Origin: an uncultured Gammaproteobacteria bacterium
Lineage (GTDB): Bacteria; Patescibacteriota; Microgenomatia; UBA10105; UBA927
DNA: 64,000 nt
Direction: 5' to 3'
Assembly (NCBI GenBank): GCA_964349125.1
Contig: CAYGFH010000001.1
Coordinates: forward strand, 261,408-325,407
Every line of letters starts with the position of its first letter. Position 1 is the first letter of the stretch. The notes below the pieces were generated by a model that saw only the letters and a program-made list of their open reading frames with translations, did not search any database and was not told the DNA's origin. A program made the translations under genes and the position numbers. Positions 8,723 to 18,241 of this stretch are shown here, one piece after another.

Positions 8723-10674
8723 TTTCACTTTCATTTGAGTTCTTGTTTACGTATTACCTTAGTTCTTTTCTTGTTGCGTCGATTGCGGCGTTTATATTTA
8801 TCCGTGCAATTGCCACGCACAATATATTGCATCATAAATATCTCTTAGGTCTCATCCTTATTGTCATAGCAGGAACAAACATCTTTACCGGAATTTCCCT
8901 TGCATCACGCGCATCAAAAGTTCCGGCGTTATCCCACACAACGCCAAAGAATTCGCAAATACTATCAGCTAATCACCCGACGATACGTATAGAATTTACT
9001 GATCCGGTAGTATTCTCAACCGTTAAAATAAACACATTCCCCGAAAATGAATTAACCGTCACGCCGCACGGATATCTGTTCAATATCATTCCCATTGGCA
9101 GATCCCTCAGCATTACCCCATCCAAGTCCTTTACGCCGGGATCGCCCATCATGGTGTATATATCAAATATTGAAGGGCCTCTCACACATGGGTATGGCGG
9201 AGAAACACTTCTTGAACTGCAGTCAGAAGCACTGCCTAAAGTTGAATCTATCTCATTACCCGCACAGGTACACGATGTAGCAACAAATCAAGAAATTCGC
9301 TTACGGTTGGATAAAACAGCCGAAGCACTCAGTTCTTGGCAAGTCCGGTCAAACCCTGAAATGCAATTTGATCTGATAAGTAGCAACGATGAGATTATCA
9401 TCAGACCCAAGACTCCATACAAACAGAGCACAAAGTACAGTGTAGTCGCATCGCAATTTCCATATATCACAGACTATAAAACACAGGACCGTACTCTCGA
9501 TTTTACAGCGGCTACTGAGACAACAATACAGTTCACAACTGTCAGCCCGCCGTTTGTAAAACATATTTCTCCATCGGGAGATACTGTTTTTCCCGAGCAG
9601 GACATTGTCGTAGATTTCAAACATCCGATGAACGCATCTGACTCGGGCAAGTTTATTTCAATTTTATCCGGTGTTCCTCACAGGGTGATCTGGGAAGAAA
9701 ACGATACGAGGTTGAGGATAAAACATGATCCGCTCCCCAAACAATCATCAATATCCGCAATACTCAAACGAGGATTGCAGACGAAACAGGGAGGTAGTAT
9801 CGAAGATGATATTCGCTATGAATTCAAAACTCCAGGCCGAGTCGCGCTACTTACAAGCACACCCCGAAACGGTGAGACGGGAGTTTTGACAGATACCACA
9901 ATACAACTTACAGTAAATCAGCCTGTGGAGAAAACGAGTATAGTTCGGGCGTTATCGGTATCTCCGGCTTTTGAATATACGACAATCGCAAGCGAATCAA
10001 GCATCCTGATACTTCCCACTGGGGAATTAAAGCCGGATACTACATACACCATTCGACTAGCCCCATCTGTGCAGAGTGTGTATGGTTTACCTGCCGAGGA
10101 TGCCATGAGCATTTCATTCTCTACAAGGTCACCGCAGACGTTGCTGCAAGTACCGTTTTATAAACAGGAATCCTCTTTTACCTGCAATATCGCTGCAGCA
10201 AAAATGCTACTGGCGTACAGACGTATACAGGTAAGCGAGCAGGCAATTATCGATGCGATAGGGAGTGGAGGAAAAAGAGGGTCAGGTAATCCTCATCTGA
10301 GCTATGTGTCTGACTACGGAACGTATTGGTCAGCGATTTCAAAGGGTGTTTCCCGATTCGCGCCTAATACCGTGATACAAAATGGGACTCTCAGGCAAAT
10401 TACCTCCTATATACAGTCAGGAATTCCCGTCATGATTTGGGGACAAAACGGATGGAGCGACCCGCATGATATATCGTGGACCACACCCGATGGAGTGTAC
10501 ATAAAAGCAATCAATGGCATGCATTCATCGGTTGTACGGGGATTTGCCGGAACTGCAGATAATCCGACGGATATTTACTTGAATGACCCCTGGCGTGGAC
10601 AATACTCCATACCGGTAAAGGAATTTCTACGTCGTTGGGGATATTTTAATACCGCGCTAATACTCGACAAATGA
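8707..10674 (+). CDS. membrane-anchored protein with Ig-like (SbsA-like) repeats and a C-terminal peptidase C39-like domain
   Basis: N-terminal transmembrane helices and repeated beta-rich segments. The C-terminus (QVPFYKQESSFTCNIAAAKMLLAY...H..) has the C39_2-like Cys/His arrangement. Confidence 0.5.
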   Translation: MEIPIISLSFEFLFTYYLSSFLVASIAAFIFIRAIATHNILHHKYLLGLILIVIAGTNIFTGISLASRASKVPALSHTTPKNSQILSANHPTIRIEFTDPVVFSTVKINTFPENELTVTPHGYLFNIIPIGRSLSITPSKSFTPGSPIMVYISNIEGPLTHGYGGETLLELQSEALPKVESISLPAQVHDVATNQEIRLRLDKTAEALSSWQVRSNPEMQFDLISSNDEIIIRPKTPYKQSTKYSVVASQFPYITDYKTQDRTLDFTAATETTIQFTTVSPPFVKHISPSGDTVFPEQDIVVDFKHPMNASDSGKFISILSGVPHRVIWEENDTRLRIKHDPLPKQSSISAILKRGLQTKQGGSIEDDIRYEFKTPGRVALLTSTPRNGETGVLTDTTIQLTVNQPVEKTSIVRALSVSPAFEYTTIASESSILILPTGELKPDTTYTIRLAPSVQSVYGLPAEDAMSISFSTRSPQTLLQVPFYKQESSFTCNIAAAKMLLAYRRIQVSEQAIIDAIGSGGKRGSGNPHLSYVSDYGTYWSAISKGVSRFAPNTVIQNGTLRQITSYIQSGIPVMIWGQNGWSDPHDISWTTPDGVYIKAINGMHSSVVRGFAGTADNPTDIYLNDPWRGQYSIPVKEFLRRWGYFNTALILDK

Positions 10675-11741
10675 ATTCACGAAATGTGAAGATAGTGATA
10701 CTCATTGGCATCCTGTGTATTACCATCATCAGATGTTTGCATTTTTCCTGGGCAGCTCCCCCTCAGAGATGGGACGAACAAACAAATGAACAGGTTATCA
10801 GTGAATTGAGGGATTCGGGGAACACGTTTTTTTTAACATATACTCACAAACCTTTTTTTGAGAAACCACCGGTGTGGTATGCTGTAGTCGCAACTATATC
10901 ACGCATCACACACATATCCCCTCTCGTGGCAGCAAGACTTCTGAGTGCTGTGAGCGGTTTTTTTATCATACTGCTTTCATGTACTGTGGCGTATCGCTGG
11001 TGGGGATTTGCCGCCGGTATTATCACCTGGAGTGTACTGATTTCCACAAACCATTTATTTATTACCAATCCCAACTCAGTATTTTCCACACATACCGTAC
11101 GCTCTGCCGACAGTGATATATTTTTTATGTTATTGATGCTTGTTGCCAGTGTGCTATGTGTGTATGCTCACGCATCCCGTAAGACATATATAGCCATAGG
11201 ATGTATCACTGCGATTGCGGTTTTGACGAAAGGCCCTCTTGCCATGGTGCCCATCGTCACAGCAACGATCATCCCCTATCTGTCGCAGTCACAAAAGTAT
11301 ACTCCCAACATCCGTTTCGCGTGGGTATACGCAACACTAGTACCTCTCTTATGGTTCTTATATATGACAGTCAATTTCGGGTCACAGTTTATAACAGAGC
11401 ATATCGGGTATCACATAGTCCAGCGGGTAATCACCCCTATAGAAACTCATACCGGCTCTGTGTTCTTCTATATGCGGTTGCTAAGTATGAAGCCGCTATT
11501 TCTATTTTTTGAGGTATACCTGTTATCAGTCTTTGTATATTTTCGATATAAAATCATCCGATCAGACATACCACTTATGCACGTATGCACTACGTCTATT
11601 GTGCTACTGTGTATCCCCAGTGTGGTGCAAACTAAACTGGCATGGTATATCCTTCCGTTTTACCCATACGCTGCACTCACAATCGCAGGAATTGTTACTA
11701 CCAGTAAAGTATTCAGGACATTTTCAGCAAAATGGATATAA
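10671..11741 (+). CDS. glycosyltransferase family 39 (ArnT/PMT-like) membrane protein
   Basis: Multi-transmembrane protein with an N-terminal loop (TYTHKPFFEKPPVWYAVVA) matching the ArnT/PMT family signature. Confidence 0.65.
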   Translation: MNSRNVKIVILIGILCITIIRCLHFSWAAPPQRWDEQTNEQVISELRDSGNTFFLTYTHKPFFEKPPVWYAVVATISRITHISPLVAARLLSAVSGFFIILLSCTVAYRWWGFAAGIITWSVLISTNHLFITNPNSVFSTHTVRSADSDIFFMLLMLVASVLCVYAHASRKTYIAIGCITAIAVLTKGPLAMVPIVTATIIPYLSQSQKYTPNIRFAWVYATLVPLLWFLYMTVNFGSQFITEHIGYHIVQRVITPIETHTGSVFFYMRLLSMKPLFLFFEVYLLSVFVYFRYKIIRSDIPLMHVCTTSIVLLCIPSVVQTKLAWYILPFYPYAALTIAGIVTTSKVFRTFSAKWI

Positions 11742-11749
11742 TATGAAGT

Positions 11750-12424
11750 ATGAAGATCTTGGTCGTCGAAGACGAACATAGAATTGCCGCATCCATAAAA
11801 AAAGGACTGGAGTTGGAAAAATATGCGGTGGACACCGCATACTCGGGTACCGATGGCTATGATCTGGCCATTACGGAGGAGTACGACTGTATCGTACTGG
11901 ACCTGATGTTACCTGGTATGAATGGCATAGAGGTATGCACACGCCTCAGGTCAGAGAACATACATACCCCTATTATTATGCTCACCGCCAAAGGACAGCT
12001 ACAGGACAAACTATCAGGGCTGAATTCAGGAGCGGATGATTACCTGACTAAACCGTTCGCATTTGAGGAATTAATCGCACGAATCCGTGCTCTGGTGCGA
12101 AGGCCGAAGAAGACAGTGTCCACTGTACTGGAACTTGGGACACTATCGCTTAACACTACAACGTACGAAGTCAAACGAAGCGGGCGGATTATTTCATTAT
12201 CCAGCAAGGAATTTTCACTTCTCGAATATCTGCTCAGACATGCAAATACCGTTGTGACAAAGGATCAGATAATTTCCCATGTATGGGATTATGAAGCGGA
12301 TATTCTCCCGAATACTGTCGAGGTGTACGTGAAAAATTTACGAAGTAAAATTGATGTACCATTCGCGGGAGAGAAAGCACTCATACAAACCGTACGCGGA
12401 TTTGGGTATAAACTGACTAACTAA
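11750..12424 (+). CDS. OmpR-family two-component response regulator
   Basis: Receiver domain (MKILVVEDE...DLMLPGMNG) plus a winged-helix trans_reg_C domain (VVTKDQIISHVW...VYVKNLRSKI). Confidence 0.85.
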   Translation: MKILVVEDEHRIAASIKKGLELEKYAVDTAYSGTDGYDLAITEEYDCIVLDLMLPGMNGIEVCTRLRSENIHTPIIMLTAKGQLQDKLSGLNSGADDYLTKPFAFEELIARIRALVRRPKKTVSTVLELGTLSLNTTTYEVKRSGRIISLSSKEFSLLEYLLRHANTVVTKDQIISHVWDYEADILPNTVEVYVKNLRSKIDVPFAGEKALIQTVRGFGYKLTN

Positions 12425-12427
12425 TAT

Positions 12428-13441
12428 ATGTTTCAATCCGCACGACTAAAACTCACCGCCTGGTATCTGGTTATCATATTATGCATAAGTTTTGCCTTCA
12501 GCGCAGTTATCTATGCATTCTTATCACGGGAAGTTGAACGGTTCGCAAAAGTCCAGAGACTCCGAATCGAGAGACAACGCACACCATTTGGTTTTATACC
12601 GCAACCTGAACAAATCTCCATTGCGCTTGATCCTGACTTAATTGCAGAAACGAAACATAGAATTCTATATACTCTGGTTGTGATTAACGGATGCATCATG
12701 GTCATAGCCGGCGGTCTCGGATATATATTGGCAGGACGGACACTGTCACCGATACAAAAAATGGTTGATGAGCAGTACCGATTTGTCCAGGATGCATCTC
12801 ATGAACTTCGCACTCCCCTCACCTCACTCAAAAGCGCTCTTGAAGTAAGTTTGCGTGATAAAAAAGCGACTTTAGGGGAACTCAAAATGATCATACGGGA
12901 TGCAATTGGCGATACCAATAAGTTGCAGGCTCTCACAGATGCACTGCTCAAACTGGCACAGTATGAAAAACCGGAAATTCATATAGCACATGAGCCTGTG
13001 GATTTGCAGAGCGTAATTTCAGCAGCAAGCGCATCTGTAAAAGCAGTCGCAAAGCAGAAGAAAATAACCATACAGATGCCCACTGATTCATGTATAGTGA
13101 AGGGTCACGAGCAAAGCATAACAGAAGTGTTTATCATACTGCTTGAAAATGCCATAAAATACAGCAACCTGAAAAGCACAATTACAATTGATGTGAAACG
13201 GAAAGATCAGCATGCATATATTTCTGTGGCAGATCACGGATTCGGAATCAGTGAGGCAGATCTTCCACATATTTTTAAACGGTTTTACCGGGCAGATAGT
13301 GCACGGACAAAAAGTGATCAGTCAGGATATGGCCTTGGACTATCCATCGCAAGACACTTGGTGAGTTTGAATAACGGTTCTATCACAGTGGAGAGCATTC
13401 CTGAATCAGGATCAGTCTTTACGGTGATATTGCCTGTTTGA
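12428..13441 (+). CDS. sensor histidine kinase
   Basis: Two transmembrane helices, H-box (ASHELRTPLT), and HATPase N and G boxes (LLENAIKY, GYGLGLSIA). Confidence 0.8.
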   Translation: MFQSARLKLTAWYLVIILCISFAFSAVIYAFLSREVERFAKVQRLRIERQRTPFGFIPQPEQISIALDPDLIAETKHRILYTLVVINGCIMVIAGGLGYILAGRTLSPIQKMVDEQYRFVQDASHELRTPLTSLKSALEVSLRDKKATLGELKMIIRDAIGDTNKLQALTDALLKLAQYEKPEIHIAHEPVDLQSVISAASASVKAVAKQKKITIQMPTDSCIVKGHEQSITEVFIILLENAIKYSNLKSTITIDVKRKDQHAYISVADHGFGISEADLPHIFKRFYRADSARTKSDQSGYGLGLSIARHLVSLNNGSITVESIPESGSVFTVILPV

Positions 13442-14778
13442 TTCAGCATATTTTCAGACGATATTGGTATGATACAACTATGAAACAAAGACTTTCTCAT
13501 ATATACCAATGGTTTGCCAGTTTGGCTGTTCTGCCAAAGTTAGCCATTGTCATCATACTCGTGTTCCTCGGATGGTTTGGTGTAAAAAATATGTCCTCTG
13601 CAAAAACTGTAGAAGTGCAGTATCAGACAGAAACAGCGAAAAAAGATACACTGATAGTCTCAATAACAGCATCGGGTCAAATTTCCGCAGCAAATAGCGC
13701 ATCTGTATCCACACAGACTTCAGGAGTTGTGAAAAAGATATTTGTCACCAACGGGGCAAAAGTAAAAGCCGGAGATCCGATTGCGGAAGTTGATCTGGAT
13801 CTGGAAGGAAAACAGAGATCCGCGCAGGCGTACGCCAGTTATCAGAGCGCAAAGAATTCTCTCGACAGCGCAAATGCAAACTACTATTCTCTACAGTCCA
13901 GCTTGTATACCCAGTGGAAAACATATATGGATAAGGCTGAAAACTCCACCTATACAAATCCAGACGGATCACCGAACGCTGATCAACGCAATCTCCCCGG
14001 ATTTGCAAGCACTCAGGCGGACTGGCTGGCTGCCGAAGCTAAATTTAAAACTCAACAGGGAGTTATAGCGCAGGCACAAACATCTGTTAGTAGCGCATGG
14101 GCTTCGTACCAACAATCATCCCCTATTATATATGCGCCTATATCAGGTACTATCACAGGACTTGCACTTCAAATAGGCGGAGTTCTCTCTTCACAAACAA
14201 GCTCTACTGGAAATTCCACATCACAGAGAATAGCAAATATTATTACCGAGGCAGCTCCCCAGGTAACAGTGCAACTGGCTCAAATAGACGTGCCCAAAGT
14301 GCATATAGGTGACAAGGCAACAATATTGTTGGATGCGCTTCCTGATAAAACGTTCACTGGATCAGTTATCAGTATTGATACCGTAGGAAGCATATCCTCG
14401 GGCGTAACGTCATACCCGGCTATTATTAAGTTAGATCTTGCCTCTAGCGATATATTATCGAACATGTCGGCGACCGCAAAGATCATAACAGTCACAAAAG
14501 ATAACGTCGTACTGGTGCCTAGTGCTGCCATACAAGCTGTGAACGATGAAACTACGGTTCGTATAATGAAAAACAATACAGTCACATCTGTTCCTGTTGA
14601 AGTAGGCGATTCGAATGATACACAAACAGAAATTAGAAGCGGCGTATCCGAAGGTGATGTAGTTGTGACAGGGAGTACCAATTCTTCGGCAACAAAAGAA
14701 TCTTCATCCACAACGTCTCCGTTTAGTGCCTTCGGCGGACGAGGAATGGGAGGAGGAGCGGTCATACGAACACGATAA
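13438..14778 (+). CDS. efflux transporter periplasmic adaptor (HlyD/MacA-like)
   Basis: N-terminal transmembrane anchor, a coiled-coil region, and the beta-barrel/lipoyl pattern typical of membrane fusion proteins. Lies upstream of a MacB-type ABC pair. Confidence 0.65.
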   Translation: MIQHIFRRYWYDTTMKQRLSHIYQWFASLAVLPKLAIVIILVFLGWFGVKNMSSAKTVEVQYQTETAKKDTLIVSITASGQISAANSASVSTQTSGVVKKIFVTNGAKVKAGDPIAEVDLDLEGKQRSAQAYASYQSAKNSLDSANANYYSLQSSLYTQWKTYMDKAENSTYTNPDGSPNADQRNLPGFASTQADWLAAEAKFKTQQGVIAQAQTSVSSAWASYQQSSPIIYAPISGTITGLALQIGGVLSSQTSSTGNSTSQRIANIITEAAPQVTVQLAQIDVPKVHIGDKATILLDALPDKTFTGSVISIDTVGSISSGVTSYPAIIKLDLASSDILSNMSATAKIITVTKDNVVLVPSAAIQAVNDETTVRIMKNNTVTSVPVEVGDSNDTQTEIRSGVSEGDVVVTGSTNSSATKESSSTTSPFSAFGGRGMGGGAVIRTR

Positions 14779-14782
14779 CCTC

Positions 14783-15496
14783 ATGAATACACAACCGATT
14801 ATACAGGCTTCACACCTATCAAAGGTTTATAGAATGGAAGGTCTTGAAACCACGGCGCTTGGTGATGTGTCATTCACCATCCAAAAAGGCGAATTTGTGG
14901 CGATAATGGGACCATCAGGATCCGGAAAATCAACACTGATGCATATATTGGGAGCACTTGATAAACCATCAGGCGGAACATATATCCTTGATGGGGAAAA
15001 TGTAGAGAAATTATCGGATGATGAACTTGCCGATATTCGCAATAGAAAAATCGGATTTATTTTTCAGGCATTTAACCTATTGCCCCGCACCACAACACTG
15101 CAAAATGTCATGGTTCCTATGATGTATGCCGGTGTACCCAAACAACAACGGATTGAGAAAGCAACACAACTGTTGTCATTGGTGGGATTGGGTGACAGAT
15201 TATCACATACATCAAATCAGATATCCGGCGGACAGCAGCAGCGAGTAGCAATAGCGCGTGCATTGACTCTGGATCCCGCCCTCCTTTTGGCAGATGAACC
15301 GACAGGTAATATCGCTTCGGCGCAGGCCGAGGAAATTATGGCAATATTTCAGAAATTGAATGACGATGGTCATACTGTTGTTATGATCACCCATGAACCG
15401 GATATCGCAGATCACGCAAAACGGATTATCCTCATTCGGGACGGTGCAATTGTGAGTGACAAAAAAAATATAAAGCAAAAAAAATCTCACAAATAA
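14783..15496 (+). CDS. ABC transporter ATP-binding protein (MacB/LolD-type)
   Basis: Walker A (GPSGSGKST), signature ([15 protein letters not shown]) and Walker B ([10 protein letters not shown]). The ATG at 14783 follows the macA-like stop. Confidence 0.85.
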   Translation: MNTQPIIQASHLSKVYRMEGLETTALGDVSFTIQKGEFVAIMGPSGSGKSTLMHILGALDKPSGGTYILDGENVEKLSDDELADIRNRKIGFIFQAFNLLPRTTTLQNVMVPMMYAGVPKQQRIEKATQLLSLVGLGDRLSHTSNQISGGQQQRVAIARALTLDPALLLADEPTGNIASAQAEEIMAIFQKLNDDGHTVVMITHEPDIADHAKRIILIRDGAIVSDKKNIKQKKSHK

Positions 15497-15497
15497 T

Positions 15498-16721
15498 ATG
15501 GATTACGCAGAATTATTCATCGAAAGTATACGGACGCTTGCAGTAAATAAAATGAGAACAAGTTTGGCAATACTTGGTATTGTTATCGGGATTGGAAGCG
15601 TCATAGCACTTGTTTCCTTGGGTCAGGCGACTCAACAATCAATCGAGACTCAAATCCAGTCACTTGGCGCGAATTTACTGACAGTAATCCCGGGTGGACA
15701 ACAATCTGGGGCTGTGAGAGGAGCCGCAGGTGGGAGTAATACATTAACTCTTGATGATGCCAAAGCAATCGAGTCTGCATCGTCAATCACAACGATAAAG
15801 AGCGTGTCACCAGAGCTGTCCCGACGGACACAAGTGACAACGGGGAAAACAAATACGAATACACAAATAGTAGGTGTAGTTCCTGTATACACTGATGTAC
15901 ATAAAGTAACAATTGACCAGGGATCGTTTATCACAAAACGCGATGTTGATGGCATGACAAAAGTTGCGGTAATAGGCCCTCAAGTTGCAACAGATTTATT
16001 TGGTGAACAGTCATCCCCCATAGGTCAGACAATCCGCATAAATGGAAAAACCTTCACCGTAATTGGTACCACAGTATCAAAGGGAGGGTCGGGGTTTCAA
16101 AACCAGGATGACATCGTGTATATTCCCCTTTCTACCGCACAAAAACAAATATTTGGAGTCGAGTATGTAAGCACAATTGCACTTGAAGCCAAAAGCGCTG
16201 AGGTGATGACAACTGCTCAAAATGAAGTCGGCTATTTTCTTCTTGCTAGACATAAATTTTCAGATCCCTCTCAGGCAGATTTTGCAATATTTTCCCAGGC
16301 GGATATACTCAATGCTGCTTCTTCCACTACGGGGACGTTCACGGCTCTCTTATCGGGAATTGCAGCGATATCACTCTTGGTGGGAGGCATCGGCATTATG
16401 AACATTATGCTTGTTACTGTCACTGAGCGCACCCGCGAGATTGGCCTTCGTAAGGCTCTTGGCGCAAAGAAAAAAGCTATAACCATGCAATTTCTTGCTG
16501 AATCTATCATGCTCACATTCACTGGAGGAATAATCGGTATTTTACTTGGCATCGGAATCTCATATGTGGTTACCATACTCATGAACGCTCCCTTTATTTT
16601 ATCGATACCATCCATCGTTCTTGCTTTTGCAGTATCAGCAGGGATAGGCGTGTTGTTTGGTTGGTACCCGGCCCGCAAAGCGGCTGAACTGCAACCTATC
16701 GAAGCGTTGAGGTATGAATAA
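15498..16721 (+). CDS. ABC transporter permease (MacB/FtsX family)
   Basis: MacB_PCD-like periplasmic domain followed by an FtsX transmembrane bundle (REIGLRKALGA). Confidence 0.8.
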   Translation: MDYAELFIESIRTLAVNKMRTSLAILGIVIGIGSVIALVSLGQATQQSIETQIQSLGANLLTVIPGGQQSGAVRGAAGGSNTLTLDDAKAIESASSITTIKSVSPELSRRTQVTTGKTNTNTQIVGVVPVYTDVHKVTIDQGSFITKRDVDGMTKVAVIGPQVATDLFGEQSSPIGQTIRINGKTFTVIGTTVSKGGSGFQNQDDIVYIPLSTAQKQIFGVEYVSTIALEAKSAEVMTTAQNEVGYFLLARHKFSDPSQADFAIFSQADILNAASSTTGTFTALLSGIAAISLLVGGIGIMNIMLVTVTERTREIGLRKALGAKKKAITMQFLAESIMLTFTGGIIGILLGIGISYVVTILMNAPFILSIPSIVLAFAVSAGIGVLFGWYPARKAAELQPIEALRYE

Positions 16722-16783
16722 TTTTCAGCAAAATTTCAGATGATCAGGATATACTATTCACACATCAATTGAAGGAGGAATAT

Positions 16784-17248
16784 ATGAAACAAATAGCGAA
16801 ACAATCATCAACAACCATAATCGCGCTCATAGTTGTGATAGGTCTGGTTAGCTTTTTTGGCGGGATGAAATTCGAAGCCTACAAATCGGCAAAAAATCGT
16901 TCGTTTATGATGGGACAATTCCAGGGACAAAGATCAGGCGGCTCAGGGCAATTCGCTGCAGGTAGGACGGGAAATCGCATGATGACAGGATCAAGACCGG
17001 TATCCGGAGAAATTCTCAGTGCAGATGAAAAATCCATAACGGTGAAGCTGATGGACGGTTCAAGTAAGATTGTGATCCTATCTGAAAAAACTAGTATAAA
17101 TAAAGCTGCAGAGGCAACAAAAGACGATTTAACAGCCGGAGTCCGGATAAACGTATTCGGTACGGAAAACGCAGACGGTAGCGTGACTGCCGCTAACATT
17201 CAACTAAATCCGATGCTCCGGGTTCCGGAAACCAAGGTGGAGAAATAA
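16784..17248 (+). CDS. secreted/membrane-anchored DUF5666-like protein
   Basis: Strong RBS (GAAGGAGG) 6 bp upstream of the ATG at 16784. N-terminal transmembrane helix and a Gly-rich linker. Confidence 0.45.
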   Translation: MKQIAKQSSTTIIALIVVIGLVSFFGGMKFEAYKSAKNRSFMMGQFQGQRSGGSGQFAAGRTGNRMMTGSRPVSGEILSADEKSITVKLMDGSSKIVILSEKTSINKAAEATKDDLTAGVRINVFGTENADGSVTAANIQLNPMLRVPETKVEK

Positions 17249-17297
17249 AACCAAGGTAGATCGGTGACTTAGTATCTCCAGTTAACATGTGTACCTG

Positions 17298-18239
17298 TTA
17301 ATTGATAATTGTATCGATCGGATACTGATGCTTCTTCTCCTGAAAATTGACCAGTAATTCAGCCAATAATCCTGTGGAAAACAATTGTATGCCACAGACA
17401 ACAAACAGCACACCCATCAGAAGAAGTGGTCTTCTCCCAATAGATATTCCGATAAAATGCAGATATGTAAGATAAAATAGCGGCAATAAGCCGGCAACTC
17501 CCATAAGTCCGCCTGCCAATCCAAACACATGAAGCGGCCTGGTTTTAAATGATGTGATAAATAGTGTGGTCACAAGGTCAAACGCAGCTCGGATAATCCG
17601 TTCGCTTCCGAATTTTGATTTTCCGAACTTTCGCTCATGATGGGATACCACAACCTCGCTCACACGAAATCCCCGTGAGGCTGCTAACACTGGTATGTAT
17701 CTGTGCAACTCTCCGTATAACTCAAGTTCCGACGCGACTTCCCTTTTCATGACTTTTAATCCACAGTTCATATCGTGCAACGAGACAGAAAAAAAACGCG
17801 ACACCACTCCGTTAAACATGTGTGACAATCGGATTTTCTCCCGCCTGTCATTTCTGTCTTTACGCCAACCTACTATAAAATCTGCCCTGTTTTCACGAAT
17901 CTCTTTGATCGCTGCGCCCAGTTGACTGGGATCATCTTGCAAGTCAGCATCCAATGTAATTACCAATTGACCATGCGTATATAAAAACCCCGCACTCAGT
18001 GCAGCGGATTTCCCCAAATTTTTTCGGAATTTGATTATGATCATGTGGGATCTAATTCTTTTTTTAATCCGTAGCATTTCTTCAAACGAGCCATCAGTAC
18101 TCCCATCATCTATACAAATAAATTCAATTGTTTCTTTTCGTTTTGCAAAAAAATCCTCACAGGAAGAAAAAAGTTCCTCTAAACTGTCTTTTTCGTTGTA
18201 TATGGGTAAGACGATGCTATGATGTATTGTTTGCTTCAT
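17298..18239 (-). CDS. glycosyltransferase family 2 (polyprenol-phosphate-sugar synthase, Ppm/GtrB-like)
   Basis: DXD motif (LDADLQDDP), ICIDDGSTDGS, and C-terminal transmembrane helices. Confidence 0.75.
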   Translation of the reverse strand: MKQTIHHSIVLPIYNEKDSLEELFSSCEDFFAKRKETIEFICIDDGSTDGSFEEMLRIKKRIRSHMIIIKFRKNLGKSAALSAGFLYTHGQLVITLDADLQDDPSQLGAAIKEIRENRADFIVGWRKDRNDRREKIRLSHMFNGVVSRFFSVSLHDMNCGLKVMKREVASELELYGELHRYIPVLAASRGFRVSEVVVSHHERKFGKSKFGSERIIRAAFDLVTTLFITSFKTRPLHVFGLAGGLMGVAGLLPLFYLTYLHFIGISIGRRPLLLMGVLFVVCGIQLFSTGLLAELLVNFQEKKHQYPIDTIIN

Positions 18240-18241
18240 AC

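Noticed and set aside
14280-14765. 161-aa minus-strand ORF
   Set aside because: Antisense to the MacA-like adaptor gene. It reflects the Thr/Ser-rich region of macA and has no RBS.
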